A stretch of 15,133 bases of DNA from Vulcanimicrobiota bacterium (GTDB taxonomy: Bacteria > Vulcanimicrobiota > Vulcanimicrobiia > Vulcanimicrobiales > Vulcanimicrobiaceae): positions 1 through 15,133 of the forward strand of contig PKZK01000154.1 of the NCBI GenBank assembly GCA_003133025.1. Direction: 5' to 3'. A program made the translations under genes and the position numbers. Below are positions 14,509 through 15,133 of the stretch, piece after piece (the stretch's first letter is position 1; each line of letters opens with the position of its first letter). The notes beneath the pieces are model-generated. The model was not told the DNA's origin. It searched no databases and was given only the letters and a program-made list of their open reading frames with translations.

Positions 14509-15039
14509 GTGATCGTTTCCCGTAAGAAACTGCTGGCCAGCGGCACCGCGCTCGCAGCCTTCGGCCCCTTCCTGTTGTCGCCGTTCATCTCGGCCGCCGA
14601 GGCCGCTGAAGAGAGCGATATCGCCATCCTGCAGACCGCGATCAAGCTCGAGCGTGCCGGCATCAAGGCCTACACCGACGCGGCCGGAACGGGCCTCCTG
14701 GCGCCCGGCGTGCTCGCCGTCGCGAAGGGCTTCCTGGCCGACCACGAAGCGCACCGTGACGCGCTGATCGGCGCCGTCAAGGCCGCAGGCGTGACCCCGA
14801 CCGACGAGACCACGAAGTTGACCTATCCGCCGCTGAAGACGCAGGACGACATTCTGAACTTCGCCGAGTCGGTGGAGCGGCAGGCCGCGTCGACCTACCT
14901 CTCCGTGATCCCGGCGTTCAAGGACCGCAATCTGGCGAAAGTCGCGGGCTCGATCCTGGGCGTCGAAACGACCCACGTGGCGATCCTGGCCTACACGTTG
15001 AAGAAGACGACGGAACCCTACAAGGACTTCGTCTCCTAA
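14509..15039 (+). CDS. Ferritin-like domain protein (Ferritin_2/DUF4439-like) with Tat-like signal peptide
   Basis: GTG start 7 nt after AAGGAG (14496-14501). N-terminus SRKKLL, then a hydrophobic stretch and AEA. Four-helix di-metal pattern LE..., DHEAH, VE...Y, VETTH. Confidence 0.85.
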   Translation: MIVSRKKLLASGTALAAFGPFLLSPFISAAEAAEESDIAILQTAIKLERAGIKAYTDAAGTGLLAPGVLAVAKGFLADHEAHRDALIGAVKAAGVTPTDETTKLTYPPLKTQDDILNFAESVERQAASTYLSVIPAFKDRNLAKVAGSILGVETTHVAILAYTLKKTTEPYKDFVS

Positions 15040-15058
15040 GAACCCTTCGGCGATCGGC

Positions 15059-15133
15059 GGTGCGGGCTACTGGTATGACTTCAATTCGGCGACCAAGGCC
15101 GGAACGGAGTCGTCCCAGTGCCCGTAACCTTTT
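15059..15133 (+). terminator. Long imperfect hairpin followed by a T-run (terminator or structured RNA)
   Basis: Nested helices TGCGGGC/GCCCGTA, ACTGG/CCAGT, ATGACTTC/GGAGTCGT and TTCGGC/GCCGGA around the loop GACCAAG, followed by TTTT at the window edge. Confidence 0.5.

Noticed and set aside
15110..15126. CAGTGC near a ferritin-like gene suggesting an iron-responsive element
   Set aside because: The hexamer lies in a paired arm rather than a loop, and there is no flanking 5-bp stem or bulged C.

Overview
A gene-dense, GC-rich bacterial window with no rRNA, tRNA, CRISPR or mobile element that I can support. Left to right: a 5'-truncated secretory-lipase-like alpha/beta hydrolase (+); a minus-strand run of secreted prolyl oligopeptidase -> MgtC/SapB -> BNR/VPS10-type beta-propeller protein, divergent from a 954-aa MalT-like STAND regulator with a C-terminal wHTH-BTAD; then a plus-strand run of GNAT acetyltransferase, ABC-2 exporter (ATPase + permease), VOC-family protein, CitE-like lyase, a MaoC-like dehydratase with a frameshifted 5' end, and a Tat-like ferritin-like protein. 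The most notable oddities are: (i) an apparent frameshifting deletion in the MaoC gene; (ii) a GNAT gene whose likely N-terminus has no canonical start codon and sits behind a structured leader with an in-frame mini-ORF; (iii) a ~70-nt G-U-rich rod hairpin followed by a U-run after the ferritin-like gene; (iv) a SigK/ECF18-19-like promoter before that gene; (v) a near-leaderless sigma70-type promoter with an overlapping inverted repeat for the regulator. I see no unambiguous novel system. The best leads are the two structured RNA candidates and the GNAT-ABC-VOC module. All family calls come from motif recognition by eye, not from database searches.
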